From: Octopus sinensis
Lineage: Eukaryota
Length of the DNA stretch: 64,000 bases
Assembly: GCF_006345805.1 (NCBI RefSeq)
Contig: NC_042997.1
Span: forward strand, 174,034,001 to 174,098,000
Direction: 5' to 3'
Of the stretch, positions 63,844 through 64,000 are shown one piece after another (the first letter of the stretch is position 1; each line of letters starts with the position of its first letter). The translations under genes and the position numbers were made by a program. Below the pieces are notes generated by a model that worked only from the letters and a program-made list of their open reading frames with translations, was not told the origin of the DNA and did no database searches.

Positions 63844-64000
63844 ATATATATATATACATATATACAACAGGCTTTTTTCAGTTTCTCTCAACTAAATCCA
63901 CTCACAAAGCTTTGGTCGGCCCGGGGCTATAGTAGAAGACACTTGGCCAAGGTGCCACGCAGTGGAACTGAACCCGGAACCATGTGGTTCGTAAGCAAAC
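63517..64000 (-). mobile_element. SINE family A (head truncated by the window edge)
   Basis: Reverse complement of the family A layout. Confidence 0.9.

Overview
AT-rich, repeat-dominated eukaryotic DNA. The repeat families resemble those of an octopod cephalopod (inference from recalled family similarity; no search was run). I found no host protein-coding exon, tRNA, rRNA or CRISPR array. Nearly all ORFs in the track are translations of (TA)n/(TG)n/(TATG)n/(GATA)n/(TAA)n microsatellites or SINEs. The window holds many tRNA-derived SINEs built from interchangeable cores and tails, and decayed DNA transposons: a nearly full-length mellifera-like mariner with TIRs, an internally inverted mariner, a Tc1-like remnant and a Buster-type hAT. 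It also has LINE remnants (Tx1/L1-like, R4/Dong-like RLE, Penelope-like), several fold-back/MITE elements and a higher-order satellite growing out of (TATG)n. The most interesting signal is a high density of minimal hammerhead-ribozyme-like motifs of the Penelope type. These include four copies of a ~180 bp microsatellite-bordered element that all carry the same non-canonical core, CUG-U-N-GA (A6U). All motif calls were made by eye; coordinates of decayed elements are approximate and ribozyme activity is untested.
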